Notes: a model not told the origin generated them from the sequence alone. DNA of 64,000 nt from an uncultured Actinomycetes bacterium (GCA_963841735.1 CAWJDT010000001.1:352001-416000), one strand, 5' to 3'; numbered from the stretch's first letter, positions 10,254 to 21,568 are shown. Numbers and translations: made by a program.

Positions 10254-11255
10254 CTACTCGCCGCCCATGGCGGCGTAGACGAGCTCGTAGGCGCGGACAG
10301 CGTCCTTGTGGCTCTGTGCCTCCCGTAGCGCGGGCCCGTCGATCTTGGCCGCGATCGAGTCGATATGCCGCCACTGCAGCACACTGCGTCTCACGGCGGC
10401 GACTGGATCCTCGGTGTAAGGAAAGAGGTCAAAACCCAGCCTGCCGCCGGCCTCCGCATAGCCCGCGCGCCGCAGCTCGATCGCCAGTTCGACCGTCTCC
10501 AGGAAGTACGTGGCCCCGACCATGTTGTCGTCGTCGAAGTCGCCCCAGCCTGAGTTGGCATGCTGGTGGCCCAGCAGGCCTTCGGCAGCAAGCAGAGCTG
10601 CGTACTCCGGCAGGTGCTCGCGGTTCATTATCAGATGCTGCCAGTCCATATTGACCTGCACATTGTCGATGCCGCGTGCGCGCAATGTATGAATGACATG
10701 CAGAGTCATGCCGATGTTGCGCATGAAGATCTTCATCGCGGGCTCGGAGTTCTTGTGCTCCAGGAACAGCTTGACACCATGCGCGGCACAGACCTCAGCC
10801 GCCTGGGCGACGCCGTCGATGAAACGGCGCCAGCTCTCGGCGTACGGGGTCTGGAAGGGGTAGTTATAGCCCTCGATGCCCGGCCAGATTATGAAATGGG
10901 CCCCTAGTTCGCCGGCAAACTCCGCAGCTTCGAGCGTACGCTCGAGCGCCAACGCGCGCACTTTGTCGTCAGGCGACGAGAGCCCGCCGCGCCCGAAGAT
11001 GGGATCGAGGTGTAGGCCGCTCGCGATGCAGTAGATGTCGTGGCCGCCAAGCGCCTGCTTCACCTCCGCGAGGTTCTCCCGAGAGAGCTCCTGCGGGTAG
11101 TGGAACTCATAGCTGTCGATCAAGTCACCGAGGCCGCCAACCGCGCGCTCGACCTTCTGCACCGTGGTCTGGCCGGTGATATCGGGCTTGAAACCAATCG
11201 GGACGAAGCGGGTCACCATGGGGCCAAACGCCCATATGCCGAGGCTGGTCTTCAT
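10254..11255 (-). CDS. Xylose-isomerase-like TIM-barrel sugar isomerase
   Basis: WPGIEG, EHKNSEP (cf. XylA EPKPxEP), DWQH, FDDD, FDLFP; directly upstream of xylB. Confidence 0.75.
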   Translation of the reverse strand: MKTSLGIWAFGPMVTRFVPIGFKPDITGQTTVQKVERAVGGLGDLIDSYEFHYPQELSRENLAEVKQALGGHDIYCIASGLHLDPIFGRGGLSSPDDKVRALALERTLEAAEFAGELGAHFIIWPGIEGYNYPFQTPYAESWRRFIDGVAQAAEVCAAHGVKLFLEHKNSEPAMKIFMRNIGMTLHVIHTLRARGIDNVQVNMDWQHLIMNREHLPEYAALLAAEGLLGHQHANSGWGDFDDDNMVGATYFLETVELAIELRRAGYAEAGGRLGFDLFPYTEDPVAAVRRSVLQWRHIDSIAAKIDGPALREAQSHKDAVRAYELVYAAMGGE

Positions 11256-11357
11256 GACTTGACACTCTTTCTCTTAATTAGTCCAGTGCCCGTCATAATA
11301 CCCGATTCGGGGAGACCGCGAAACTATTCAGAGAAACACGTGCTGCGCCGCGAGCTG

Positions 11358-11741
11358 CTAGGTCTCGTACAATTCGAGCGGCAGCCCGTCCGGATCCGCG
11401 AGAAAGACGAAACGCTTCTTGGTGAATTCATCTTCCCGGATCGATTCGACCAGGACTCCCTTCGCCTCAAGCTCGGCTTTGCATCGAGCCACGTCATCGA
11501 CCGCGAACGCGAGGTGACGCAGACCGCGGGCCTCGGGATATGAGAGGCGCGACGGTGATTCTGGGAAGGAGAAGAGCTCTAGCTGAGAGCCGTCCGGCAG
11601 CGCCAAGTCCAGTTTGTAGGAGTCCCGCTCGGAACGAAAGTGCTCGGCTATGACCTCGAGGCCAAGAACCTCCGTATAGAAGCGCTTCGATCTATCGTAG
11701 TCCGAGCAGATGATTGCCGCGTGGTGGATGCTCAGCAGCAT
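11358..11741 (-). CDS. YaeR/YwkD-type VOC (glyoxalase-like) protein
   Basis: IHHAAIICSDY, SYKLDL, PEARGLRHLAF, DPDGLPLELYE. Confidence 0.88.
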   Translation of the reverse strand: MLLSIHHAAIICSDYDRSKRFYTEVLGLEVIAEHFRSERDSYKLDLALPDGSQLELFSFPESPSRLSYPEARGLRHLAFAVDDVARCKAELEAKGVLVESIREDEFTKKRFVFLADPDGLPLELYET

Positions 11742-11819
11742 GCAATGGGCCCTTCTGACGTCTCAATTCCTAGTGAGCTTGCCTGTCGGCGGCCGTGAGA
11801 ATCCGCTGATGCGACCCGT

Positions 11820-13004
11820 CTACTTCTTCTTGCGGGTAGCAACGTCAAAGATCACCGCGCCGGCCAACACCAGCGCGCGGACGATGTACTGAATAGAGAT
11901 GTCCGCGTGCATCAGGTTCATGCCGTTGGTAAGCGAAGCCATCACCAAGGCACCAACGATGGAGCCGGTCACCTTGCCGACGCCGCCGGACACGGCCGCG
12001 CCGCCGACGAAGGCCGCGGCAATGGCATCCAGCTCCATGCCGGTACCGGCGATCGTGGTCGCCGAGCGCAGCCAAGAAGAATACAGAATGCCTGCCAGGC
12101 CGGTCAGGAGACCCATCGACCCAAAGACCAAGTAGGTGATCTTCTTGATACTGATGCCGTTCAGCTGAGCCGCTTCCGGATTGCCACCGACCGCGAAGAT
12201 ATGCCTGCCGACGGTCGTCCTGGTGGTGACGTATGCATAGAGCAAGACGACGACTATCACAATGACCGCGGCCCAGGAGAGGCCCTGGTAGCCGGCGAGA
12301 ACCCAGGTGACACCGACGATCACAGCCGATATGAAAACCAGCTTGAAGATGAAAATGTTGGTCGGTGCTACTTCGAAACCGTACGTCTGGTTCTTTCGCC
12401 TCTTGCGGAACTCATTCTGAATGAAGATAAGAACTGCTAATAAGCCAAGTAATAGGGTGACTTTGTGTATTCCAGGGAGAAATCCCATATCGGGAAGGTC
12501 GGGAATGTAACCGTTGCCGAGTGCGTTGTAGGAGTCTTGCTCGATGATGATCGAGCCTGTGGACCTCGTTATCAGTTGGAGCACGCCCTTGTACAACAGC
12601 CAACCGGCAAGCGTCGCCACAAAGGCCGGGATCCTCATCTGCGCCACCAACAGAGCCGTCACCAGCCCGGCGATCACTCCAATCCCCAGCACGAGAGGAA
12701 TGGTCGCGGCGACAGGCAGGTGCCAGTACTTGAGCGAAATGGCGGCAACCGCGCCGAGAGTGCCGGCCAAGAACCCGACCGACAGGTCGATGTGGCGAAT
12801 GACTATCACCAGAGTCATGCCGATCGCCAATACGGCGACGTAGCTGGTCGCATTCACCAGGTTGCCTATGTTTCTCGAGGAAACAAATAGACCTTTGGTG
12901 GCAATGGTGAAGAAGACCACCACCAGAACAAACGCGATGTACATGCCGTAATCGCGAATATTGCGGGTTTGCGCCCTCAATGCGTCTTTAAAAGAAGTGG
13001 ACAT
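11820..13004 (-). CDS. Monosaccharide ABC permease (GguB/MmsB/XylH type)
   Basis: HIDLSVG, IPAFVATLAG, GRHIFAVGGNPEAA, ELDAIAAAFVGG. Confidence 0.9.
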   Translation of the reverse strand: MSTSFKDALRAQTRNIRDYGMYIAFVLVVVFFTIATKGLFVSSRNIGNLVNATSYVAVLAIGMTLVIVIRHIDLSVGFLAGTLGAVAAISLKYWHLPVAATIPLVLGIGVIAGLVTALLVAQMRIPAFVATLAGWLLYKGVLQLITRSTGSIIIEQDSYNALGNGYIPDLPDMGFLPGIHKVTLLLGLLAVLIFIQNEFRKRRKNQTYGFEVAPTNIFIFKLVFISAVIVGVTWVLAGYQGLSWAAVIVIVVVLLYAYVTTRTTVGRHIFAVGGNPEAAQLNGISIKKITYLVFGSMGLLTGLAGILYSSWLRSATTIAGTGMELDAIAAAFVGGAAVSGGVGKVTGSIVGALVMASLTNGMNLMHADISIQYIVRALVLAGAVIFDVATRKKK

Positions 13005-13024
13005 TTAGAGCCCCTGGCTAGAAA

Positions 13025-13819
13025 TCACGACACGGATACTTCGGCAAAGTCATCGCGGGCGCCGATCATATAGGCCACTACTCCTGAGCGAAACTCATCC
13101 AAGGTTCCGGTGACGGCGGCGTCGCGGCATTTGCGGCCCTGCCGCATCACGATCAACCTATCACTGACACTGTAGATGTCTTCCAGGCGGTGGCTGATGA
13201 TGATTATCGAAGCCCCTTGGGCCTTGAGCTCCCGCACCAGGTCGAGCACCTGACTGATGGCCGCCACACTTAAGGCTGCCGTTGGCTCGTCCATGATGAT
13301 CACCTTGGAGTCGAAAGCCATCGCTCGGGCTATGGCGACTGCTTGGCGTTGCCCGCCGGAAAGCCTTTCCACCAGCGAGCGCACAGACGGGATCTGGATC
13401 TTGAGACGGTCGAGTAGACGATCCGCCTCTCGCTCCATGCGCTGGTTGTCCAGTACTCCGAACGGTCCAAGCCGCGCGCTGACCTCTTCGCGCCCAAGGA
13501 ATATGTTCGCGGTAACGTCTAGATTGTTTGCGATGGCCAGGTCCTGATAGACCATCTCGATGCCCAGGCGGCGCGCATCCAGAGGACTGGCCATGTGGAC
13601 CTTTTTGCCGTCAATGAGGATCTCGCCCCCGTCTGGCATGTAGGCCCCGCTGAGGACTTTCATCAGGGTCGACTTGCCGGCCGCGTTGTCGCCCATCAGT
13701 CCGAGTACTTCATTGTGATGCAACGTCAAGTCGACTCCGCGCAGGGCCTCGACGGCGGCGAAGTTCTTGACGATGTTCCGCATTTCCACTACGGGAGTGG
13801 CTTCTGTCATTGCACTCAC
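13025..13819 (-). CDS. Sugar ABC ATP-binding protein (single NBD)
   Basis: [32 protein letters not shown]. Confidence 0.9.
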   Translation of the reverse strand: MSAMTEATPVVEMRNIVKNFAAVEALRGVDLTLHHNEVLGLMGDNAAGKSTLMKVLSGAYMPDGGEILIDGKKVHMASPLDARRLGIEMVYQDLAIANNLDVTANIFLGREEVSARLGPFGVLDNQRMEREADRLLDRLKIQIPSVRSLVERLSGGQRQAVAIARAMAFDSKVIIMDEPTAALSVAAISQVLDLVRELKAQGASIIIISHRLEDIYSVSDRLIVMRQGRKCRDAAVTGTLDEFRSGVVAYMIGARDDFAEVSVS

Positions 13820-13838
13820 CTATCCAAGATACAAGAAG

Positions 13839-13882
13839 GACCGCAGGAATCGGACGGACAAGCCGCCAAGATCCCTGCGGTC
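13839..13882 (-). promoter_or_regulatory. Intergenic hairpin after the binding-protein gene (mRNA stabiliser or attenuator)
   Basis: GACCGCAGG...CCTGCGGTC inverted repeat between the SBP and ATPase genes. Confidence 0.5.
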
Positions 13883-13895
13883 GGGAACCTAGATG

Positions 13896-15002
13896 CTAGT
13901 TCAGTCCGGTGAACTCAGCGGCCGTGTAGTAGCCGGAGTCGATCACAGCCGCCTGGACGTTAGCCTTATCCACGGTGACGATCGCGGACGGCTTGGCGGG
14001 TACATCTATCTTGCCGTTGTTGTAGGTACTAGTCTGCGCGGGGGTACCGTCGGTCAGGTAGGCCGTCGCGGCGACGATGGCATCTGCGACCAGCGTGCGG
14101 ACGTCCTTGAGGACCGTCATGGACTGCTTGCCGTCGATGATGTACTGGACGGAGGGGATCTCAGCATCCTGTCCGGTAACGACGTAGCTGGTGACGTCCG
14201 CGTCAGCGCCAAACACGTCGGCGATGGCCCGTGCGGTGCCATCATTGGGAGCGAGGATGAAGACATCGCCCTTGTCGGCGGCCGGGGCGGTGGTCAGGTT
14301 GGCCTGAGCCAGGTTCTTGGCCACGTCGAACTTCCAATCGGTGGTGACCTGACCGATGATGTTGCCCATCTCGTCACGGGTGAGAGTGGCCTTATCCTGA
14401 AGGGCAATCGCCTCGCTGGAGTTCTTGATGACGAAAGTACCGTCGGCGATCTTGGGCTGCAGCACATTCCAAGCGCCCTCGAAGAAGAGGAATGCGTTGT
14501 TGTCGGAGGCTGCACCAGCGTAGAGATAGAGCGGGTTGCCGGTACCGGTGGCTTTGTCGACCAAATACTGCGCTTGGGCTTCGCCGACCGCGATGCTATC
14601 GAAGGTCACATAGTAGTCTACGGCGTCGGTATCGCGGATCAGCCGGTCGTACGAGATGACTTTGACGCCGGCCGCCCGGGCTTCAGCAGCAGCGGCGGCA
14701 GCCGCAGTGGCATCCTGCGGGCAGATGATGATCACCTTGACGCCCGAAGAGATCAACGACTGAACGTTGGTCTTCTCCACAGCAGAATCGCCCTGGCTGA
14801 ATAGGATCTGAACATCATAACCGGCAGCTTTGAAAGCATCATTGAAGCGGGTCTCATCCTGAATCCAACGCGGCTCGTCCTTGGTCGGCAGAACAACACC
14901 AACCGAAAGCTTATCTCCGCCCCCACAGCCGGCCACCATGGGAACGAGACTCAGCGCCAGCAGCAAACCTATGATGATCCATAATGTGCTCTTCTTAGAC
15001 AT
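13896..15002 (-). CDS. ChvE/SbpA/XylF-type monosaccharide-binding lipoprotein
   Basis: Lipobox VAGC; LPTKDEPRWIQD, ISYDRLI, DNNA, VTGQDAE, QSMTVLKD. Confidence 0.9.
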   Translation of the reverse strand: MSKKSTLWIIIGLLLALSLVPMVAGCGGGDKLSVGVVLPTKDEPRWIQDETRFNDAFKAAGYDVQILFSQGDSAVEKTNVQSLISSGVKVIIICPQDATAAAAAAAEARAAGVKVISYDRLIRDTDAVDYYVTFDSIAVGEAQAQYLVDKATGTGNPLYLYAGAASDNNAFLFFEGAWNVLQPKIADGTFVIKNSSEAIALQDKATLTRDEMGNIIGQVTTDWKFDVAKNLAQANLTTAPAADKGDVFILAPNDGTARAIADVFGADADVTSYVVTGQDAEIPSVQYIIDGKQSMTVLKDVRTLVADAIVAATAYLTDGTPAQTSTYNNGKIDVPAKPSAIVTVDKANVQAAVIDSGYYTAAEFTGLN

Positions 15003-15376
15003 ATTCCCCTGTCCTTCTGTGTTTGGTGAATCGACTTAGCATTGCCCGATACATCCCACCTCGTTTGTCCTGCTGCTTCAAACTCACCCCCCTTCAGTAT
15101 GAATGGGATAACCCTTGATTCCACGAATGGCGGCAACGGTAAACAAGGAGTTCAGTGGAGAAGCAAACTTCTTGGTCTGTCGGTGGCCAGATGGGAGTGT
15201 AGATCGGCTTGGTGGAACCATGTCGGCCACACCAAAGGACGGTCGAGCGACGGCCCGGCGCGTATGTGAGATATCACTCACGCCCTTGCCCCTCCCCCTC
15301 ACTTCGATCCGAGAAGCAGGATTTATAGCAACTATACTCACCGGGGGAAACCTGTCAATCGCGTGTGGTGCGCACC

Positions 15377-15757
15377 CTAGGCCGTCAGCTCTACCCGGTT
15401 CCGCTCAGGGTCCAAGATGACCGCCTCGTAGTAACCGTCCCCGGTGACTCGAGGCCCCGACTCAACCGGTACTCCTAACCGGCCTAGTGCCGCTACCGCC
15501 GCGTCGACCGCGTCGTGGCTACCCAGGGACAAGGCGATGTGGGCGTAGCCCGCCGCGATATCGGTCGGCGGCGGACAAAGCGAAGGCCGGTGCATCAGTT
15601 CTATGCGGGCACCCTCGCCGAGAGACACAAAGTATGATTTGAAGCCGGTAGTCGGGTTCTCATAGAGGTCGCCGCTTGTACCGCCAAGAGTGTCTGCGTA
15701 GAAGGCGCGCATTGCCTCAAGGTCGCGAACCCAGATGGCCACGTGTTCCACGATCAT
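15377..15757 (-). CDS. VOC family protein (YyaH-like)
   Basis: EHVAIWVRDLE, GYAHIALSLGS, PRVTGDGYYE. Confidence 0.85.
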   Translation of the reverse strand: MIVEHVAIWVRDLEAMRAFYADTLGGTSGDLYENPTTGFKSYFVSLGEGARIELMHRPSLCPPPTDIAAGYAHIALSLGSHDAVDAAVAALGRLGVPVESGPRVTGDGYYEAVILDPERNRVELTA

Positions 15758-15779
15758 CTAATCGGCTCCGTCGTTTGAT

Positions 15780-16430
15780 CTACATTGACTCGACTATTAC
15801 CCGAAGCTGGTCACCTTCAGTCTCTACCCTCACGTCCGCAATCGCATGCGCGATGATGTGAGCGTGCGCCAGCGCCAGAGAGCCGTGCGTGGTTGCCACT
15901 GCTATCACCCTCATCCCTGCTGCCCGCGCGGCGGCGATGCCTGCTGGGGCGTCTTCTATCACCACACACTTTTCGGGTTTCACACCTAGACGCGTTGCTG
16001 CGAGAAGGTAAGCCTCGGGGTCTGGCTTGCCCAGTTGCACGTCTTCAGAGGTCACCAGGATAGGTGGCGTTGGGAAATCTCCGTAGTGCAGCCGAGTGAG
16101 GGCCGTGCGGTTATTGCCACTGGTGACGACGGCCCAGCTGTGAGGAGGAAGCGCTTGCAGCAAGCTGCGAGCCCCCGGATAGGCCTCCAAACCGTCTGTG
16201 TCTATGCCTTCCTGCGCTTCGCGGATGCGACCTTCGTGTTCCGCATCGAGATGGGGCGCCATAATGCGAATGATCCCGGCTGACGTACGACCGTGCATTA
16301 CTTCGGCCAGGTGTTCAAAACAGACGTCATGACTGTCGGCCCACCTCTTCCAGTGACGATTGACCACCACGGAAGAGTCGACGAGGACTCCGTCTAGGTC
16401 GAAAAGCATCGCCGTACAAATGAGTTCCAT
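15780..16430 (-). CDS. HAD-IA sugar phosphatase (YfbT/HxpA-like)
   Basis: FDLDGVLVDS, VVTS, GKPDPE, VIEDAPAG. Confidence 0.88.
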   Translation of the reverse strand: MELICTAMLFDLDGVLVDSSVVVNRHWKRWADSHDVCFEHLAEVMHGRTSAGIIRIMAPHLDAEHEGRIREAQEGIDTDGLEAYPGARSLLQALPPHSWAVVTSGNNRTALTRLHYGDFPTPPILVTSEDVQLGKPDPEAYLLAATRLGVKPEKCVVIEDAPAGIAAARAAGMRVIAVATTHGSLALAHAHIIAHAIADVRVETEGDQLRVIVESM

Positions 16431-16520
16431 GAGTCAGCCTCGATAGAAAGCAATGGCAGCCGGAGTTGCGAGCACGGCGAGTATGCCCCACTCGCTTGTC
16501 TGGCACCAGGTGTCTGGGAG

Positions 16521-17026
16521 TCAGGACCTGCCAGAGGTCTCGACGGCCGGCCTCGCCTGCCTGGTGTGTCTCCTCAGAGCTAGTGTCTCAAGCAGGGATC
16601 GCTCGATCACCTCCGGCGAAGGTGGGCAGCCCCGGATACGGAGAGCGACCGGCAACACGTCCTCGAGCGGTCCCGCCAGTTCGCTGGGAGCCCCCAGCAC
16701 CCCACATCCGCATGCGCAGTCCCCCAGCGCGACCACCAGCCGCGGCTCGGGCATGGCGTCGTAGGCCGTGCGAAGGGGCACGACCATTCGCGTGGTGATG
16801 GCGCCCGTCACCAGCAGGACGTCGGCGTGCCGAGGCGAGGCGACCACGTTGAGGCCGTGACGCCCCAGGTCGTAGTGCGGACCCGACCCGGCGCCCAGCT
16901 CGTGCTCGCAGCCATTGCACGAGCCGGCGTCCACGTGACGCACGGCGAGCGACCCCGGCCGCTTGGATGACGGCAGCAGCTGATCTGGCGCCGGAGTCTG
17001 CGCAGTTCGTTAAGCAGGACGAACAC
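16521..17026 (-). CDS. Ehr/hydrogenase-4 small subunit (NuoB/HycG/HyfI-like), frameshift near 16960
   Basis: GSCNGCE, ASPRHADVLLVTG, GDCA, GCPP; 5' part (MFVLLNELRRLRR) is in another frame. Confidence 0.85.
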
Positions 17027-17035
17027 GGTGCCCCC

Positions 17036-18520
17036 TCAACGGTCGCAACAGGAGTAACAGAGCTCGAAGCTCTTGTTGATAAGGGGAAAGTCGGGCAGGA
17101 TCTCCCCGGCCGCCGCCCTGGCCAGCGCGGGCCAGTTGGCGTAGGAAGCCGGTGCGGAGGTGAAGACGCGTGACGCGGTCGTCGGCGGCTTCCAGGATGC
17201 AGACCGTTTCTCCGCGCGGACTCTCGACGCTCGCCACACCCACGGGTTCGGCCGACACCCGCGACAGTGCCCTGCCGGCTCCACGCCCTCCGCCAGCAGC
17301 TCGTCCAACAAGCCGAGGGTCACCTCCAGTTCCATGGCCCGCACGTCCATGCGACCGGCGACGTCGCCGGTCGCGGGACTGGGCACGGCAGGCGAGAAGT
17401 CCCGATAGCTCAGACGCGGACTGTCGACCCTCGCGTCCAGAGCCACACCCGCCGCGCGCGCCGCCGGCCCGACGACACCCAGCTGGGCGCACTTCGTCCG
17501 GGGAGATAACACCAACACCGACGAAACGGTCCTGAACCGAAGCGTTGAACAGCACCTCGTGCCAGGCCCTGCGGGCGTCATCTCTCAACGCGCGCAGTTC
17601 TTGGCGGGCCTCCGCCACAGCAACGCGGTCGATCTGCCATTTGCTGCCCCCCACGGCGATGGTGTCGAAGAGAAACCGGTGCCCGGTGAGAGATCCGGTT
17701 GAGGCGCTGGGCGCGCTCTTTGAGCGCGGCAAAGGCCATGTTGCCCGGCTGCGAAGCCCACGCCGGCGCAGACGGCGCCGATGTCGTTGAGATGGTTGTA
17801 GAGACGCTCCAGTTCGAGCAGTATCGTGCGAACACGAGCCAGTCCGGGCTCGGGCCACAGACCCAGAAGCGACTCCGCGGCGTGCGCATAGGCCACCGAG
17901 TTGCTCACGGCGCAGGCGGCGCAGGCGCGCTGCGCATAGACCAGGCCTTCCGCGAGGGTGCGGCCTTCGGCGGCACGCTCCAGGCCTCGGTGCTTGTAGA
18001 ACAGACGCAGGTCGATGTGGAGGATCTTCTCGCCCACCACGTGGAAGCGGAAGTGGCCCGATTCGATCACCCCCGCGTGGATGGGACCGACCGCCACCTG
18101 GAAGGCGTCGTGACCAGAGACCGGCACCGTCCATGAGGACAGTCCGCTCGTATGCTCGACCAGCGGCCGCAGAGGCACGTGGCCGGAGAAGCCGCAGGCC
18201 GTAGAGGTCCTTGGCTTCTCGCTCATCCCAGCCCGCGGCAGGCGCCAGGTCGACGATGCTCGGGCACCTCGCCGTCCGGCGCGGCTGCCGCCAGCAGGAT
18301 CGGACCCTCCGGGTCTGGCGAACAGCGCCCGCACTCCACGCCCAGCCGGCATCACCGCGCTACCCGGAGTATTTTCGTCCACCCCGTAAAGCGCAAGAAA
18401 GCGCCCCGTGCCAGCCAAGACGGCTGCGCAGCGCTCTGGCCAGTCGGCGAGCGTGATCTGGTCGATCTGCAGCCCGACAGGCCGCTGTTCGGGCATGGGC
18501 GTCACATTCTCGGCACTCAC
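17036..18520 (-). CDS. Ehr/group 4 [NiFe]-hydrogenase large subunit (HycE/HyfG-like), several frameshifts
   Basis: VGPIHAGVIESGHFRF, LFYKHRGLE, RACAAC, LELERLYNHL, ESPRGE, DFPLINKSFELCYSCCDR*, spread over three frames. Confidence 0.85.
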
Positions 18521-19998
18521 GGCAGACCTCCAGCCAAGGTGTGGACAAGGTCCGACCCGGGCAGCACCAGTGTCAGCGCCGCGAGAGCAACCAGCAGAAC
18601 CGCGGCCGCGATGCTGAGCACACCCACCCCGCGTCCACCGGCCAAGCCGTCGCGACGCGGGCGGCGGCTCGAACCAAGAAGATCCTGCACCAACACGTGG
18701 GCAAGGCCCAGGAAGCCGAACGCAAGCAGCAACGCGGCGACCGCTGCGCTGACCGTGTGGCCGGAGGTGAACCCACCCATGAGTATAAGCACCTCGCTAA
18801 AGAAGAGCGGCGACGGCGGCAGGCCGCTGAGCGAGCCCAGGCTCAGGCCCATGCCCGCCACGAGAGCGGGATTCTCCCCCAGCAGGCCACGCGGCCGGGT
18901 ACCGCCGCGCCGAGGGTCGCAGGTCGAAGAGCGGCGTAGCCGCGTAGAAGCCCAGAGACTTGGCTACCGCGTGCCCGCCCAGATGCAGGACGACGCCGGC
19001 GATGGCCAGCGAGTTGCCGAACCCGATGCCGAGTGCGATCACTCCCATGTGTTCCAGGCTGGAATAGGCCAGTAGTCGTTTCCAGGCCAAGAGGCCGCCA
19101 CAAGAACGGGCACGGCCACCGCCAAGGGATGCCAGGCCGAACGCCAGAAACACGCCGTGGCCGACACGGACTCCCACTGCCGGCACCAACGCCTGTTCGG
19201 TCCGCCAGGCGATGAGCATGACTGTCGGTAGGAGCGCCGCTGAGAGCAGAGCCGAGATGGGCGGCGGTGCTTCGCTGTGGGCATCCGGAAGCCAGTTGTG
19301 CACCGGAGCCCAGCCGATCTTGGTGGCCAAGACCGCAGAACAGAAGCAGAAAGCCGCCCAACGTGGCCGCGTGTGGCATCGCCGAAGCCGAGGCGGCGAG
19401 ACCGCGCCAAGATAGCCCGGCCATGCCCGACGCTGCGCTCGGGGAGCGCGACGTACAGCACCACCACGCCAAGCAGCGCCACGGTCAGACCCGCCGTGGT
19501 GAGGATCAAGTACTTCCACCCGGCTTCGAGAGCCCGGGGGCGACCGCTGTAGGCCACAAGGAGAGCTGAGACCGCCGGTGGTGGCCTCGATGACGATCCA
19601 GGCGACTCCCAGATTGCCGGCAAGCGGAATGGCCAGCAGCGCCGCCCAGAAGATGTGAGAAGCAGAGGTAGTACGAGGCTCGAGCGCGCGATGGCCGGAA
19701 GAAACTACGGTGACCGGTGCTCAGATAGGCAGGTGATACCAGGGCGCTGCACAAACCCACGAACGCGATGACGGCCGAGAAAGGGCGCGCCGAGCGTATC
19801 CAAGACGACCCAGTCGCTGCCGCCAACCTTGTCTGCGCCGACGACTGCGAGGACGGCGGCCCCGAAAGCTGCGGCTGCCGTGAGCGCCGCCGTAACGCGA
19901 TTTATCCAGTCCTGACTGCGCGCCGTGGGGGCGACTTGTATCAGAGCCCCGCCTAACAGCGGAAGGGCGGGAACGATGAGAGCATAGTATGCGGGCAT
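18517..19998 (-). CDS. hyfF: Hydrogenase-4 subunit F-like antiporter-type membrane subunit, frameshifted
   Basis: ALEAGWKYL, TKIGWAPVHNWLPDAHSEAP, KRLLAYSSLEHMG, GLPPSPLFFSE across frames. Confidence 0.8.
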
Positions 19999-19999
19999 G

Positions 20000-20617
20000 T
20001 CAATCACGCAGACCCCGCAAAACCGCGGTATCTCCGGTGCCGAACTCGCCGAAGATGCGCTTGTGAAAAGCCACCGCTACAGTGATCACCATGACAAGAT
20101 CGAAAGCCACCCCAAGCTCGATCACAAGCGGCAGACCTCCGGGAACCACCACCGCAACAAGGGCCACAGCGTTTTCGGCGACGATGAGACCCAACAGGTG
20201 GAAGATGGTCTGGCGGCGTACGACGATCGTGGCGATACCGATCGTGAGCAGACCCACGCCGGCCTGCTCGGCCGCCGGAGAGGCGAGACCGAAGGGGGGC
20301 GCAAGCATGACTACGACGAACACCGCTGCCACGACCAAGCCTAGGCGCATGAGCGGTTTCATCCGCGAACGCAGCGGGCGTGGCTCACGGGTACGGCTGA
20401 CGCTGTAGGCCAGCAGCCCACAGAGAGGCAGCGCACGGACGAAAAGGGCCAGGCTCGCGATCAGAAACTCCGTCGAGCGTCCGTGAGAGAGCACCAGCGC
20501 GTACACCCCGAGCAGCAGGGTTTGGAGGGCGACCAGCGCGATGGCCGTCGCCCGGCGACGAGTGCTCACAACCAGCAGTCCGAGAGCCACCATCCCCCAA
20601 CTGAGCGCCTCAGTCAT
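20000..20617 (-). CDS. hyfE: Hydrogenase-4 subunit E-like membrane protein
   Basis: ENAV, PLVIELGVAFD, DTAVLRGLRD C-terminus; operon position. Confidence 0.8.
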   Translation of the reverse strand: MTEALSWGMVALGLLVVSTRRRATAIALVALQTLLLGVYALVLSHGRSTEFLIASLALFVRALPLCGLLAYSVSRTREPRPLRSRMKPLMRLGLVVAAVFVVVMLAPPFGLASPAAEQAGVGLLTIGIATIVVRRQTIFHLLGLIVAENAVALVAVVVPGGLPLVIELGVAFDLVMVITVAVAFHKRIFGEFGTGDTAVLRGLRD

Positions 20618-21543
20618 AGTTGGCCGCCGATCAGCCAACTGAGCAGCCCCAGGAAACAGAGGCCCATGCCGACCACCAGCAGTCGCGGCACCCGCAGCAG
20701 CCGCATCTTAGCCTGCCACGACTCCACCACCGCCAGCACTGCGCACAGGATCGGCAGCCCGACCGCCAGGACGACCATCCGCCACACAAAACCGACAGGA
20801 TGAGGCGCGAACAGCTCGAGGGCCAACACGAGCATGATCCAATGCTTGGCAGCCGCGGCCCACTGCAGGTAGGCCAGATCCCGCCCGGCGTATTCCAGCA
20901 GCGGGCCCTCGTGGATCATGGTGAGCTCAAGATGAGTGTCGGGGTTGTCCACTGGTTGACGCCCGGTCTCGGCGATCACCACGAGGGCGAAGGCCGCTGC
21001 CGCAAGCCAGTGAGTCGGCAGGCTCCAGATGTGCGCCCCCGCCGCGGCGTCGCTCAAGGAGCGCAGATCGGTGCTGCCAAAAGGCAGCGCCGCCAACATC
21101 AGCACAAACAACAGCAGTCCCTCCACCGCGACGCCGATTGTGAGATCACGGCTGGAGCCCATGAGCGCAAAGCCGCTCCCTGTATCCCAGGAAGCCATGG
21201 CCAGAGCAAAGCGGGCCAGCGCGAGCATCCCGACCAGCAGCAGGGCATCGTGGCCCACAGGCCAGGCGAGGGAGTGTCCACCAATCGGGACCAGGAGCAG
21301 CGAGACGGCCAGACCGGCCGCGACCACCGGCGGTGCCAGACGATAGAGCACAGTGCCGCCCTCAGGGTCGACGGCGCTCCGCGACCAAAGACGGGCGAGC
21401 TCCCGGTAGGGCTGCAACGGTGACGGTCCCCGCCGTCCCTGAAGCCTCGCTTTGAAACTCTGCGTCAGACCGGGCAGCAGGGGAGCAAGGGCGACCCCCC
21501 CAACCACCTGCACAGCGCCGGCCACTATGTCGGCGGCGCTCAT
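20614..21543 (-). CDS. hyfC: NuoH/HycD/HyfC-like membrane subunit
   Basis: KARLQGRRGPSPLQPY, GSSR, AETGRQPVDNP.THLELTMIHE. Confidence 0.88.
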   Translation of the reverse strand: MSAADIVAGAVQVVGGVALAPLLPGLTQSFKARLQGRRGPSPLQPYRELARLWSRSAVDPEGGTVLYRLAPPVVAAGLAVSLLLVPIGGHSLAWPVGHDALLLVGMLALARFALAMASWDTGSGFALMGSSRDLTIGVAVEGLLLFVLMLAALPFGSTDLRSLSDAAAGAHIWSLPTHWLAAAAFALVVIAETGRQPVDNPDTHLELTMIHEGPLLEYAGRDLAYLQWAAAAKHWIMLVLALELFAPHPVGFVWRMVVLAVGLPILCAVLAVVESWQAKMRLLRVPRLLVVGMGLCFLGLLSWLIGGQL

Positions 21544-21568
21544 ATGCACCGCCCGCATCCCTGGGGTC

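Noticed and set aside
15003-15370. Long leader upstream of the sugar-binding gene as riboswitch or XylR (ROK) operator
   Set aside because: Only weak GTTTG...CAAAC half-sites with non-standard spacing; no recognisable riboswitch
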